Assembly (NCBI GenBank): GCA_007376285.1
Contig: VMFZ01000004.1
Coordinates: 300 to 64,299, forward strand
DNA length: 64,000 nucleotides
Origin: Parcubacteria group bacterium Gr01-1014_17
GTDB taxonomy: Bacteria > Patescibacteriota > Minisyncoccia > Phycocordibacterales > UBA10002
Direction: 5' to 3'
Shown here: positions 19,089-29,082 of the stretch, in pieces
How the letters are laid out: each line of letters opens with the position of its first letter
How positions within the stretch are numbered: the stretch's first letter is position 1
Position numbers and translations under genes: made by a program
The notes under the pieces: generated by a model
What the model was told of the DNA's origin: nothing
The model's database searches: none
The model's input: the letters and a program-made list of their open reading frames with translations, nothing else

Positions 19089-19400
19089 TTAGAAGCTCAT
19101 GCGGTCTCCGCCGCGGTGGTAACCACCGCCGCCTCCGCTTCTCGGAGGGCGTTCCGCCATCGGGCGCGCTTCGTTTACCGTCACCGCGCGACCGTCCATC
19201 TCCTTACCATTCCACATATCAATCGCTTTCTGTGCATCCGCGTCTTCCATTTCAACAAAACCGAAACCGCGTGAGCGGCCCGACATTTTGTCCATAATGA
19301 CATTCGCAGACACGACCGCGCCTGCTTTCGCAAACGCTTCGCGCATTGACTCTGAAGTGGTAGAGTAGGAAAGATTTCCTACATACAATTTCTTTGCCAT
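19089..19400 (-). CDS. RRM-type RNA-binding protein with Gly-rich tail
   Basis: RNP1 RGFGFVEM, RNP2 LYVGNLS, C-terminal GGGGGYHRGG. Confidence 0.8.
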   Translation of the reverse strand: MAKKLYVGNLSYSTTSESMREAFAKAGAVVSANVIMDKMSGRSRGFGFVEMEDADAQKAIDMWNGKEMDGRAVTVNEARPMAERPPRSGGGGGYHRGGDRMSF

Positions 19401-19622
19401 AGTGAGAAAAAAATACTGCTAACTGTCGTCCGACCTATCTCAATACGGCGCTTAAGCTTTCGCTTTCACTGACCCCCTTGAGAAAACAACGACACTTATA
19501 TCGTAGCATAGTTGCTATTTTTATGCAACTTCTGTATAAAGCACGAAGCGGAAAGCGAAATTTTGGTCCGCGTAGGACCCCCGTAGAGAGGGTAAAGCGG
19601 CCGAAATTTTTCTTTCCGCAAA

Positions 19623-20075
19623 GTGCTTTCCATGGCCAAGCCCAAACAAACCTATATGAAAAAAGTCCTTTCGTTTTATTTCGCGCCGCTGTGGCGCACC
19701 TTTTTCACCACGCTCTATCTCCTCTGTTTCGGCTACTTCGTCATATTCTTTTCCGACTATGTCATTCTCGCCATCCGCTTCCTCTACTATACCTTCACTC
19801 TCCCAACCATCGCGCTAACGCTTGACTATCTGTTTTGGGGCGCGTCGTTTATCGTGATGCTCGTTATCCCTTTTTCCATCTCGCTCTACGCGATTTTCAT
19901 TCCGTTTGAACTGATGAAAAAATTGGACTGGACGCGGAATCAGAAAATTGCCGTCGCATTCATCGTCGCGCTTGCGACGATTGACATAGTGGTCGCGTCC
20001 GACATCTTCATTCGTCTTATTGAAAAACAACCGCCCATTGTCCGCTTTTTGCAAGAGATTGAGTTGATAAAATAA
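19623..20075 (+). CDS. hypothetical membrane protein
   Basis: 150 aa, 4 hydrophobic helices. Confidence 0.4.
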   Translation: MLSMAKPKQTYMKKVLSFYFAPLWRTFFTTLYLLCFGYFVIFFSDYVILAIRFLYYTFTLPTIALTLDYLFWGASFIVMLVIPFSISLYAIFIPFELMKKLDWTRNQKIAVAFIVALATIDIVVASDIFIRLIEKQPPIVRFLQEIELIK

Positions 20076-20088
20076 ATAGCGTACAATT

Positions 20089-20673
20089 TTGCGTATGCGC
20101 AAAATTGTTTTTGACATAGAAACGACGAATGACTTCGCCGAAGTGGGGAGCCGCGAACCCGCGGCGCTGGAACTCGCCATCGTGTGTATCTACGATTCGG
20201 AAAGCGATTCTTACACAAGTTTTCTCAAAAGCGAACTCAAAGTCCTCTGGCCTATTTTGGAACGAGCTGACCTGCTTATCGGATTCAACATAGAGCACTT
20301 TGATTTGCCTATTCTTGCGAAATATTATTCGGGCGACCTCTCGCGCATCAAAAGCGTAGACCTACTCAAAGAAGTGAAGACCGTGCTCGGACGGCGGCTC
20401 AAACTGGACACACTGGCGGAAGCTACCCTCGGAAAGAAAAAACTGGGGCACGGAATGGAGTCGCTCGTGTGGTGGAAGAAAGGCGAAGTGGAAAAAGTGC
20501 GAAAGTACTGCATTGAAGATGTGAAAATCACCAAAGAACTCTATGACTATGCGCGAACGCACCACATTCTCAAATACAGAGACGGAAAAGTACTCAAAGA
20601 CATCGCGCTTCCAAACGCACCGCAATGGGAAATATTCAAAACCAGCACCCTCACCCACACCTTGCCGTTTTAA
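20089..20673 (+). CDS. DEDD-type 3'-5' exonuclease (RNase H-like fold)
   Basis: Exo I FDIETT, Exo II FNIEHFDLPIL, Exo III YCIEDVKITKELY. Confidence 0.65.
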   Translation: MRMRKIVFDIETTNDFAEVGSREPAALELAIVCIYDSESDSYTSFLKSELKVLWPILERADLLIGFNIEHFDLPILAKYYSGDLSRIKSVDLLKEVKTVLGRRLKLDTLAEATLGKKKLGHGMESLVWWKKGEVEKVRKYCIEDVKITKELYDYARTHHILKYRDGKVLKDIALPNAPQWEIFKTSTLTHTLPF

Positions 20674-20719
20674 CTTGTGCGCGTATACTGGGGACATTAC
20701 GAACTAAACTTTTTGAACT

Positions 20720-21514
20720 ATGGAACCCCAAGCGCAACAGAGTAATTTCTTGACGATTCCGCTCGCGATTGTGGTCGCGGGCATTGTGATTGCAGGCGCA
20801 ATATTTTTTGGCGGGAGAAGCGGCGGCACGGCAACCAACAATCAACCGACAGACACGCAACCTGCGGCAGTTGCAGTTGCGCTTCGAGAAGTAAGTAGCG
20901 GAGACCACATCCGCGGCAATCCTGATGCAAAGATTATGCTCGTTGAATATTCCGACACCGAGTGCCCATTCTGCAAAGCATTTCACGGCACGATGCAAAA
21001 ATTGATGGACGAGTACGGAAAAAACGGCTCGCTTGCGTGGGTGTATCGACACTTCCCACTTGACCAACTCCACCCGGTGAAGGCGCGCAAAGAAGCCGAA
21101 GCAAGTGAGTGTGCCGGGGAGCTCGGCGGCAACATTGCATTCTGGTCGTACATTGACCGCATTTTTGAAATCACACCGTCAAACAACGGACTAGACCTTG
21201 CCGAACTTCCGAAAATCGCTACATTCCTAAAACTTGATGAGAAAAAATTCAATGAGTGCGTTGCAAGTGGAAAGTATGCGGAAAAAATTGAAAAGGATTA
21301 TCAAGATGGCGTCTCCGCTGGCGCATCTGGAACACCATTTAGCGTACTTGTACTGAAAAACGCAATCACTAAAACACAGGAAGCCGCGCTCGCGCCGTTT
21401 ATCGCGCAATTCCGCGGCGGCGTTGCCATTTCTTCCGACAAAACCAAAATCACCCTAAACGGTGCGCTTCCCTATAATGCCGTAAAAATGATTCTTGATG
21501 TGTTGCTTAAATAG
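20720..21514 (+). CDS. DsbA-like thiol:disulfide oxidoreductase, membrane-anchored
   Basis: N-terminal TM, thioredoxin-fold CPFC active site. Confidence 0.75.
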   Translation: MEPQAQQSNFLTIPLAIVVAGIVIAGAIFFGGRSGGTATNNQPTDTQPAAVAVALREVSSGDHIRGNPDAKIMLVEYSDTECPFCKAFHGTMQKLMDEYGKNGSLAWVYRHFPLDQLHPVKARKEAEASECAGELGGNIAFWSYIDRIFEITPSNNGLDLAELPKIATFLKLDEKKFNECVASGKYAEKIEKDYQDGVSAGASGTPFSVLVLKNAITKTQEAALAPFIAQFRGGVAISSDKTKITLNGALPYNAVKMILDVLLK

Positions 21515-24428
21515 ACTGGCATAACCGACACCAGTCGCAATCTTTTTTGCTACAGCCGTTTTTGAGAAACGACAAGTTCAAAATTTGCGAGGCGGCTTCT
21601 ATAATTTGCTGTTTGAGCGAGCTCACTTCCCAATCCGATATTTCAAACGCCTCGCGGTGGTAGCGGCCGCTTTTGTCGAGCTTGATAAAATCAATGACGC
21701 CAGTTCTCATATTCCAATTTTTTCCGCCGCTTCGGCGGGTCGCCGATGAGGCGACTTGTATTTCGTCCAAAAGCAATTTGTAGAACACGAGTTGGCGGTA
21801 ATAATTGCCGTCGCTTGCTTTCGTTTTCCCCAAAATCTCGTTCCGCGTCCGCGGCTTCCCTGTTTTATAATCCACCACTGCTACGCTACCGTTCTGCAGC
21901 ATTTCCACTTTGTCCAAACTGCCCGTAAGTTCCAATTTTTCTTTCCCAACGGTGAGAAAAATGCCAGCGACGCGATACTCGTTCCACGAAACGCGCGAAA
22001 ACTGCCGTGAAGAGAGATACCCTTTCAGTTCACGCTTCCCTTCCGCCAAGTACACTTTGAAATCGCGTTCCGAAATATGCGTGCGCCGGAGTGTGTTTTC
22101 AAACACGCGAAATATCTCGGTAAAAGGTTTGTCGGCGTCGCGGGCGCGAGCGGCGAAGTGCGCTGCGAGCGCGGTATGTATCGCCGAACCGTACAGTTCC
22201 GCGCCAGATTGCGCGCGCGGGACGCGTACGAGGTTCAAGAAAAAATATTTGAGCGGACATTCCAAAAAATTATTGAGGTGCGTTACGGCAAAGCCTTGTC
22301 CCAAAAACAAGGCGTTCATGTATTTTCTTTCTTTTAAACATCCCCCGCCCTTCGGGCACCCCCTTCCAAGGGGGATTGCAGAAATCTCACCTTGAGGGGA
22401 GTACCCGAGCGGAGCGAGTGGGAGGGATGTAATTCGTGTATGTTCCCGCGCCGCCTCCTCCATCTCAAAAATAAAACGGCTGGGCAGAACAGCGCGGCCA
22501 TCGGTATTTTTCGCATGCCAACTCACCGATACTTCTTTGCGCGCGCGTGTTAGCGCGACATAAAATAAACGCCGCTCGTCGTGCGTATCGTTTTCCGCAT
22601 CATCATCCACATATATAGGAAGCTCAAAAAGCGCGCGGCTACGCTTCCCGCCCCATTTGCCGTCTTGCGCGAAAGCGATAAACACATAATCAAACTCCAA
22701 CCCTTTTGCTTTGTGCGCCGTACATACTAAAACGCCGTCGGGCGCTTCCACCGAGGAAACAATACCGATACCGTGCGCCTCCGCCCGTTCCAAGCGCGCG
22801 AGAAAGTCCGCGAGCTTCGCGCGCTTATCGCGCTCAGCGAGGCGCTTCGCGCTTTCAAGAAACGCCGCGTAATGCGCGAGCGCTTCTGGCGCGTCAGGCC
22901 TGCCGAGCGCGATTTCCAAAAATCCGGACTCGTGCGCAATGCGTTCAAAGCCCTCCATGAGGGGTTCATTGTGCGCAATCGTCTGCCATGCAAAAAGCTT
23001 TTTCTGAAATGCGGCGAGTTCTTTTCCGTATTTTACGATACGGAGAATGAGCAGGCCTCCTTCACGCACGCGCACCGCTTCCATTACAGAAAGCAATGGC
23101 AATTTCAGAAAGTCATAAAACAAAACCGGTGCCAGAGACGCATCATCGGCTGGATTCAAAATCGCGACAAACAATTTGCGTAGCGCGTCAATGCGCACCG
23201 ACTGGAGCGCATCCGCATTCCCCCGCCGCGCCGCGGGAATGCCGCGCGCGTGGAGTGCTTGCTCCACCTTCTCTGCATCTTTGTTCTCACGCGCAAGCAC
23301 CGCAATCTCTCGCGGCACGACACCATTTTTAATCAACGCTTCAATCCTACCTATAATCCACGCGAGTTCGCTCGCTTCACTCTGCGCTTCAACGACGCGA
23401 ATGGCGAGTGGCGCGTGCCCTGCACGCGCCGCGAGTCTCTGGTGAACATTCCCATCTCCCGCCGCGAATTTTTCCATAAGCGAATGTGCTGCAGAAAGCA
23501 CCAGCGGCTGTGAGCGATAATTGTCGGTAAGCGCAATCGCGCGCGCGCTTGGAAATCGCTTTTTGAAATACAGAAAGTTTTCGAGCGACGCACCCTGAAA
23601 ACGGAAAATGGCTTGCTTCTCGTCGCCAACGATAAAGAGGTTCGGTGAAGGGTCGTAATCGCATAAAAGTTCCAGTAAGCGGTTCTGGCTCCGGTTCGCA
23701 TCTTGGTGTTCATCTGCAAGTACATATTGATGCTCCTCTTGCAAACGCAATTTGAAATTGGGAGATTGCTCAAGCGCGCGGACAGCTTCTATTATCATAT
23801 CTTCAAAATCGTACAGGCGGCGCTTCACGAGTTCTTTTTCGTACGCGCTGTAGAGTGTCGCGAACTCGCGGCTTCGTTTCCACTTATCGCTTTTTGTATC
23901 AGCACTTCGCGTCAAAAGTTTTAGAAACTCCACAGGAGAGACATTTTCGCGCTTCAATTGTTTAATCGCGTCAATCACAGGCAGAACATAGTAAGCAGGA
24001 GAATTTTTCGGACGCAAAAGTAAAGAGCGTATGCGGTTAATTAAGGTCTCTATAATACGCACCTGTTCCAAATCCTCCATATGTTCAGCGCCTACGATGC
24101 GCGAGAATTCTTCCGGATAGCGCTTAATCAAATCATTCGCAAAACTGTGGAAGGTGTGTATCCGAACTTCGTATGCCCGCGGGCCGATGATTTCCAAAAG
24201 CTTCGTGCGCATCGCCTTCACTCCCGCTTCAGTAAATGTGAGCGCCAAAATCGCGTCCGCAGGCGTGTCGGTCTGTCGTAGAATGTTCGCAATGCGGAGC
24301 GTTAGAATTGAGGTCTTGCCAGTCCCAGGACCTGCAACGACCACCACTGGCCCGTCAATTGCATCTACCGCCTCGCGTTGTGCTCGGTTGAGTTTTTTAT
24401 AGAGGTCGTTAAATATCGTGTCGATCAT
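21507..24428 (-). CDS. UvrD/PcrA-family helicase with C-terminal nuclease-like domain (AddA-like), carrying in-frame hairpin insertions
   Basis: VVVAGPGTGKTS Walker A and C-terminal Cys cluster CDWCRLC. The start is probably MIDTIF; the track ORF extends into a palindrome. Confidence 0.8.
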   Translation of the reverse strand: MIDTIFNDLYKKLNRAQREAVDAIDGPVVVVAGPGTGKTSILTLRIANILRQTDTPADAILALTFTEAGVKAMRTKLLEIIGPRAYEVRIHTFHSFANDLIKRYPEEFSRIVGAEHMEDLEQVRIIETLINRIRSLLLRPKNSPAYYVLPVIDAIKQLKRENVSPVEFLKLLTRSADTKSDKWKRSREFATLYSAYEKELVKRRLYDFEDMIIEAVRALEQSPNFKLRLQEEHQYVLADEHQDANRSQNRLLELLCDYDPSPNLFIVGDEKQAIFRFQGASLENFLYFKKRFPSARAIALTDNYRSQPLVLSAAHSLMEKFAAGDGNVHQRLAARAGHAPLAIRVVEAQSEASELAWIIGRIEALIKNGVVPREIAVLARENKDAEKVEQALHARGIPAARRGNADALQSVRIDALRKLFVAILNPADDASLAPVLFYDFLKLPLLSVMEAVRVREGGLLILRIVKYGKELAAFQKKLFAWQTIAHNEPLMEGFERIAHESGFLEIALGRPDAPEALAHYAAFLESAKRLAERDKRAKLADFLARLERAEAHGIGIVSSVEAPDGVLVCTAHKAKGLEFDYVFIAFAQDGKWGGKRSRALFELPIYVDDDAENDTHDERRLFYVALTRARKEVSVSWHAKNTDGRAVLPSRFIFEMEEAAREHTRITSLPLAPLGYSPQGEISAIPLGRGCPKGGGCLKERKYMNALFLGQGFAVTHLNNFLECPLKYFFLNLVRVPRAQSGAELYGSAIHTALAAHFAARARDADKPFTEIFRVFENTLRRTHISERDFKVYLAEGKRELKGYLSSRQFSRVSWNEYRVAGIFLTVGKEKLELTGSLDKVEMLQNGSVAVVDYKTGKPRTRNEILGKTKASDGNYYRQLVFYKLLLDEIQVASSATRRSGGKNWNMRTGVIDFIKLDKSGRYHREAFEISDWEVSSLKQQIIEAASQILNLSFLKNGCSKKDCDWCRLCQSI

Positions 24429-24457
24429 TGGGGTAGTATACGCGCTTTTTTCCCACG

Positions 24458-24492
24458 ACACCCGATGTCTGCAATTTAGACATCAGGTGTCG
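24458..24492. repeat. P element (35-bp palindrome CACC[AC]GATGTCTGCAATTTAGACATC[TA]GGTG)
   Basis: 14-bp arms around a gcaattt loop; further copies are listed below. Confidence 0.8.
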
Positions 24493-24571
24493 TTGGTACA
24501 AGTATTTTGCAAAATACTGAAATACACTATCTCTGGCGACCGCTAGAGATAATGTAGGTATTCGTCTAACT

Positions 24572-24605
24572 ATTCCAATTAACTGCTATAGCAAGTAGTT
24601 GGAAT
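24572..24605. repeat. palindrome C copy 1 (TTCCAATTAACTGCTATAGCAAGTAGTTGGAA), upstream of the helicase
   Basis: related to the perfect 28-bp palindrome at 59283..59316 upstream of clpB. Confidence 0.6.
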
Positions 24606-24879
24606 AGTGACAAAAATCACGGAGGCACCAAATATCTAAATTGAAGACATCTGGCACGAAAGAAAAAGCGGAGGAATGTGCTTTTGCTGAACGGCGAGGA
24701 GCCGAGCGGGCATGGCTTCCGAGTCTGCGAGGAAGAGCGAGGCGAGCGGATAAGGAAAATTTCCTCGCAGGGGAAATAAATGCCTGTCCCCGCCTCATCG
24801 GCGGAGGCGCTATGCATAATCCCCTCCACTACGGTCGGGGTGAAAAGGCAATTATTAGTAATTTTCTACATTTAATTTT

Positions 24880-25989
24880 GTGATTGAAAAAGCAACGGCT
24901 TCAGTGAAGATTAAGAAAGAAGCTAAAAAAGAAAAGGAATCTCCTCACGCAAAAACTCTTGCCGGAATTAAAAACCCTCCGAAAGTAGGAGATCTTGCCG
25001 AGGGCACGGTTATTGCGAATGCGCGCGGTCGCGTCTACATAGACCTGCCGCCTTTTGGCACTGGTGTTATTTATGGCAGAGAATATCTTGCAGCGCGCGA
25101 GATCCTTAAAAAGGTTTCTATCGGGGACTCCGTAACTGCGAAGGTCGTAGAAACAGACAGTAAGCACGGCTACATTGAGCTCTCGCTCAAAGAAGCACGG
25201 CAAGCGATGCTCTGGAGCGAAGCCGAAGCCGCGGCGCGCGAACGCAAACCCTTTGACATTACTGTGAACGAAGCGAACAAGGGCGGCCTCATTATGGAAT
25301 GGCAAGGCATCCAAGGATTCCTCCCCGCCTCCCAGCTCGGAGCCGCCCATTATCCGCGCGTGGAAGACGGCGACAAAGACAAAATTTTGGATGAGCTCAA
25401 AAAACTCGTGGGGCAAAAGCTCACCGTTGCGGTCATCTCCGTGCTTCCCAAAGAAGGTAAGCTTATTTTCTCGGAGAAAGCGCTCACGGAAAAAGACCGC
25501 GCGCAAATGGTCGGCAAGTACAGTATCGGCGATGAGATGGACGGCGCGATTACCGGCGCTGTGGACTTCGGCGTGTTTGTAAAAATTGAGGACGGACTGG
25601 AAGGACTCGTGCATATTTCCGAAATGGATTGGGCACTCGTGGAGAACCCGCGCCTACGCTACAAAACCGGCGATGCGGTGAAGGTGAAGATTATAGACAT
25701 CAAAGACGGTAAAGTGTCGCTCTCTATCAAGGCCTTGAAACCAAACCCATGGATGGATGCGGAGAAGCGTTTCAAGAAAGGCGACCGCGTGCAGGGTGTC
25801 GTCATCAAATACAACAAGTACGGCGCGCTTGCTTCTATTGAAGAAGGAGTCGCTGGACTCGTGCATATCTCGGAGTTTGGCGGAGACGAAACCAAACTTC
25901 GCAATTCGCTTGAACTCGGCAAATCATACACCTTCACCATCACCCTCTTTGAACCCAAAGAACAACGAATGACGCTGTCGTATAAATAA
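24880..25989 (+). CDS. rpsA: 30S ribosomal protein S1 (short, multi-S1-domain)
   Basis: four S1-like repeats (GDLAEGTV..., GQKLTVAVISV..., GDAVKVKIIDI..., GDRVQGVVIK...). Confidence 0.8.
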   Translation: MIEKATASVKIKKEAKKEKESPHAKTLAGIKNPPKVGDLAEGTVIANARGRVYIDLPPFGTGVIYGREYLAAREILKKVSIGDSVTAKVVETDSKHGYIELSLKEARQAMLWSEAEAAARERKPFDITVNEANKGGLIMEWQGIQGFLPASQLGAAHYPRVEDGDKDKILDELKKLVGQKLTVAVISVLPKEGKLIFSEKALTEKDRAQMVGKYSIGDEMDGAITGAVDFGVFVKIEDGLEGLVHISEMDWALVENPRLRYKTGDAVKVKIIDIKDGKVSLSIKALKPNPWMDAEKRFKKGDRVQGVVIKYNKYGALASIEEGVAGLVHISEFGGDETKLRNSLELGKSYTFTITLFEPKEQRMTLSYK

Positions 25990-25994
25990 TAGTG

Positions 25995-26029
25995 GACACC
26001 AGATGTCTGCAATTTAGACATCTGGTGTC
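25995..26029. repeat. P element copy
   Basis: gacaccagatgtctgcaatttagacatctggtgtc immediately after the rpsA stop. Confidence 0.8.
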
Positions 26030-26075
26030 TTTTGCTGTATAGTCAATATCGGAATAGTAAAACGAAAGGACGGTT

Positions 26076-26411
26076 ATGGCCCATATAAGTGAATGTATCT
26101 ACTGCGGACAAGCAATAATAAACGCCGAATGGCACCCGGAGTGTCGGCTCGCACATTTTGAAGACCTGATCGCGCGGATTCAAATACATTTGAGAGGCTC
26201 ACCTGTACAACCGCTTCCATCTGACCTGCAAGAAGAAATCAGAACAGAGCCCGCGAGAACATTCGCGGTGTTTGAAAAAATGCGCCAGCAACGGGAAGAT
26301 AAAACATATAGAAAAGAACGTTGGAAATCGGCACGAGAAGAGCATCTCCGAAAATGCGCTGACCAGTGGGAAAACAAACACCCGGACCCAAACCCAATTG
26401 TTTACGGATAA
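26076..26411 (+). CDS. hypothetical Cys/His-containing small protein, flanked by P elements
   Basis: CIYCGQAI...HPEC possible zinc ribbon; 111 aa. Confidence 0.4.
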   Translation: MAHISECIYCGQAIINAEWHPECRLAHFEDLIARIQIHLRGSPVQPLPSDLQEEIRTEPARTFAVFEKMRQQREDKTYRKERWKSAREEHLRKCADQWENKHPDPNPIVYG

Positions 26412-26430
26412 TTTATCCGCCAAACCAAAC

Positions 26431-26463
26431 ACACCCGATGTCTAAATTGCAGACATCGGGTGT
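26431..26463. repeat. P element copy (inverted loop orientation)
   Basis: acacccgatgtctaaattgcagacatcgggtgt. Confidence 0.8.
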
Positions 26464-26474
26464 TAATTATATTG

Positions 26475-26990
26475 CTAATTAAATTGACTCATTGCTTTTT
26501 CACGGCCGTCGGAAATGATGAACGCAACTGCTTCGTCTATTTTTTTGTGCATCTTTTTGAGTTCGGAAAGCTCCGAGGGTTTGAATTTTCCTAGAATGTG
26601 GTGTTCTACCGCTTCCTCTCCTTTTGGTTTCTTAAGTTTTCCGCTCGGGGTCATCGGAGAAATACCGATGCGAATGCGTACAAACGCCTGGGTCTTAATT
26701 GCTTTTACAATTGACTCCACCCCCCGATGCCCACCCGCGCTTTTGTTGAAAGAAATCTTAAATTTTCCAAACGGCAAGTCCAAGTCGTCGTGAATGACGA
26801 TAAGCTGCTCCGCTTGTTTTGCGCTTTTTATAAGCGGCTTCACCGCATCGCCCGATTTATTCATAAAAGTATCAGGGGTGACGAGTTTTGCGGAGATATC
26901 TTTGAGTGTGGCGACCGCCGCGCGCCCCGCGTTGTGGCGCGTGTTTTCATATTCCGCCCCCGGATTTCCTAAACCGACAATAGTATACAT
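26475..26990 (-). CDS. pth: peptidyl-tRNA hydrolase
   Basis: MYTIVGLGNPGAEYENTRHNAGR. Confidence 0.9.
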   Translation of the reverse strand: MYTIVGLGNPGAEYENTRHNAGRAAVATLKDISAKLVTPDTFMNKSGDAVKPLIKSAKQAEQLIVIHDDLDLPFGKFKISFNKSAGGHRGVESIVKAIKTQAFVRIRIGISPMTPSGKLKKPKGEEAVEHHILGKFKPSELSELKKMHKKIDEAVAFIISDGREKAMSQFN

Positions 26991-27108
26991 ATAAATGTAT
27001 TTCTACCACACTCTTTGCCTGCGCGCCACACCTTTTTTCTCGCCTCTTCGGCGAGTCGTCGATGAGACGACTTGCTACGCGCGCGTGGCGCGATATAATA
27101 GAGAGCAT

Positions 27109-27606
27109 ATGGCGAAGAATTTTTCAGAACTCCTTCGTTTTGCTCTCATTGCCGCCGTAATTGTCATTCCATTTCGCCTCCTAGTTGCCCAACCGTTTCT
27201 CGTGTCCGGCAACTCAATGTTCCCGACCTTCAAAAACAACGACTATCTGATTGTAGACGAACTCACCTACCGATTCCGTGCTCCATTGCACGGCGATGTA
27301 GTTGTCTTTCGCTCGCCCGTTGAACCGAGCAAGTATCTTATCAAAAGAATAATCGGAACCCCGGGCGAGACGATTCGATTTGCGCCTCCAAACGGGCTAT
27401 TCGGGAACAGCGGCTTTTCTTCTGATGTGACCCTGAAAGACGGCGAATACTTTGTTGAAGGCGACAATCGCGCCGAGAGCTTTGACTCGCGCTACTGGGG
27501 AGTTCTCCCGCGCGCGAATATAAAAGGAAGGGCGTTTGTGCGCCTCTGGCCGCTGACAAAAATACAATTCTTGCCGGGCGCGACCACGACCACGCTCGTT
27601 CCTTAA
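27109..27606 (+). CDS. lepB: signal peptidase I
   Basis: GNSMFPTF (Ser box), GDVVVFRSP, FVEGDNRAESFDSRYWG. Confidence 0.85.
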   Translation: MAKNFSELLRFALIAAVIVIPFRLLVAQPFLVSGNSMFPTFKNNDYLIVDELTYRFRAPLHGDVVVFRSPVEPSKYLIKRIIGTPGETIRFAPPNGLFGNSGFSSDVTLKDGEYFVEGDNRAESFDSRYWGVLPRANIKGRAFVRLWPLTKIQFLPGATTTTLVP

Positions 27607-27620
27607 TAACTATTATCTCT

Positions 27621-28796
27621 ATGCACCCAATCGCCCTACCGCCGCCAATTTCGCAATCCGCAACGCGCGCTCCGCGCGCGCTGTCGCGCGCCGCAGGCGT
27701 CGCGCTTCATTATGGCTTCATCCCGACCGAAGCGCTCCGCATTTCCAGAGAGGACCGTGAGAAAGCGCGCGCGCTTATGGAAGAGCCGCACGCGCCGCTC
27801 ACGCCCGCGTACGCGGAAGAAAAAGTTGCGCTCGTTAGATTGTACGACGATGAAAAGATGGACCGCTTGCACCAACCGGCGATGTTTTACCGCGAAGAGC
27901 GCGATAATGCGCGCGGTATGCTCACCGTACACTTGGATGTACTCGGAAGCGCAAAAAGCGTGGTGGAAGCGCTCCTCATTAAAACTACGGTAGAGACCTT
28001 GCGCGAAGCCGGCGTTTCGCGCGCGATGCTCCGAATCAATTCCGTGGGCGACCGTGAGTCGCTTGGAAAATTTATCCGCGAGCTTCAGGGCTTTTACCGC
28101 AAGAAAATTGCCGAACTGCACGCGCCATGCCGCCAAGCGCTCAAAGAAAACATCTTTGCGGCGCTTCTGTGTGAACACGAACACTGCGCCGCGTTCAGAA
28201 GCGATGCGCCGCGCGCGATTGGATTTCTTTCTGAACCAGCGCGCGTGCATTTCAAAGAGGTGTTGGAATACCTGGAACGGATGGAAATCACATACGAACT
28301 GCACGAGCACCTGTTGGGACCAGCCGGTGTCTGTTCGCAGACGGTTTTTGATGTACGCGACGAGAGCGGCGCCCTGCTCGCATCGGGCTTCCGCTATAAC
28401 CACCTTGCCCGCCGACTTGGCGGGCGGCGCGAGGTGCCGGCGCTCGGCGCAACGCTTTTTCTTTCCGGACACACTGTGTTGGCGCGGGCAAAGCGCTTCG
28501 TGCCTATATGCCCGCAAGTGTATTTCATCCAACTTGGACGGGAAGCTAAACTGCGCAGTTTGCACATCATTGAAATGCTACGGCGTGCCGCTGTACCTCT
28601 CGCGCAATCAATCGCACACGACAAACTCTCGGTGCAAATCGCACACGCCGAATCCTTACATATACCCTTTATCGTCATTATGGGGCAAAAAGAAGCGACT
28701 GATGACACTGCGCTCGTGCGCGACCGCGAACGAAGCTTCCAAGAGACATTGCCGATTCCGAAGCTCGCGGTATTTCTCAAACGCTTGCTCGCATAA
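27621..28796 (+). CDS. histidyl-tRNA synthetase-like class II aaRS (divergent; HisRS/HisZ family)
   Basis: HisRS motif 3-like GFRYNHLARRLGGRREVPALGATL, insertion-domain-like LRINSVGDRESL, C-terminal anticodon-binding-like IPFIVIMGQKE. GC is markedly higher than the neighbours. Confidence 0.5.
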   Translation: MHPIALPPPISQSATRAPRALSRAAGVALHYGFIPTEALRISREDREKARALMEEPHAPLTPAYAEEKVALVRLYDDEKMDRLHQPAMFYREERDNARGMLTVHLDVLGSAKSVVEALLIKTTVETLREAGVSRAMLRINSVGDRESLGKFIRELQGFYRKKIAELHAPCRQALKENIFAALLCEHEHCAAFRSDAPRAIGFLSEPARVHFKEVLEYLERMEITYELHEHLLGPAGVCSQTVFDVRDESGALLASGFRYNHLARRLGGRREVPALGATLFLSGHTVLARAKRFVPICPQVYFIQLGREAKLRSLHIIEMLRRAAVPLAQSIAHDKLSVQIAHAESLHIPFIVIMGQKEATDDTALVRDRERSFQETLPIPKLAVFLKRLLA

Positions 28797-28815
28797 CAAA
28801 AAGATGATATCTTGA

Positions 28816-29082
28816 TTGCTCTATATGATGACAAATGCAGAGGTATCGCGAAGCGACGATGAAAATAATATAAGCATCTTGCGCCGCTTTACTAAGCGCG
28901 TGCAGGGTTCGGGCGTCTTGAATCGTGTCCGCTCCATACGGTTTTTTGAGCGCACACCGTCAAAATACAAGCGCAAAGCGCATGCGCTGAAGCGCATCGT
29001 ACGCCGTGACGCGTTTCAAGAGCTTGCGAAACTCGGGAAGGTGAAAGAGGGCGAGTACAAATACAAACGAGGTAAAAAATGA
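28816..29082 (+). CDS. rpsU: 30S ribosomal protein S21
   Basis: LRRFTKRVQGSGVLNRVRSIRFFERTPSKYKRKAHALKR. Confidence 0.75.
   Translation: MLYMMTNAEVSRSDDENNISILRRFTKRVQGSGVLNRVRSIRFFERTPSKYKRKAHALKRIVRRDAFQELAKLGKVKEGEYKYKRGKK

Noticed and set aside
24641-24883. 80-aa ORF in the GC-rich rpsA upstream region
   Set aside because: The region is made of hairpin and Q-like repeat sequence. It is more likely a leader or repeat region than a coding sequence.
27636-28565. 309-aa antisense ORF inside the HisRS-like gene
   Set aside because: Typical long spurious antisense frame in a high-GC gene. The sense strand carries recognisable aaRS motifs.
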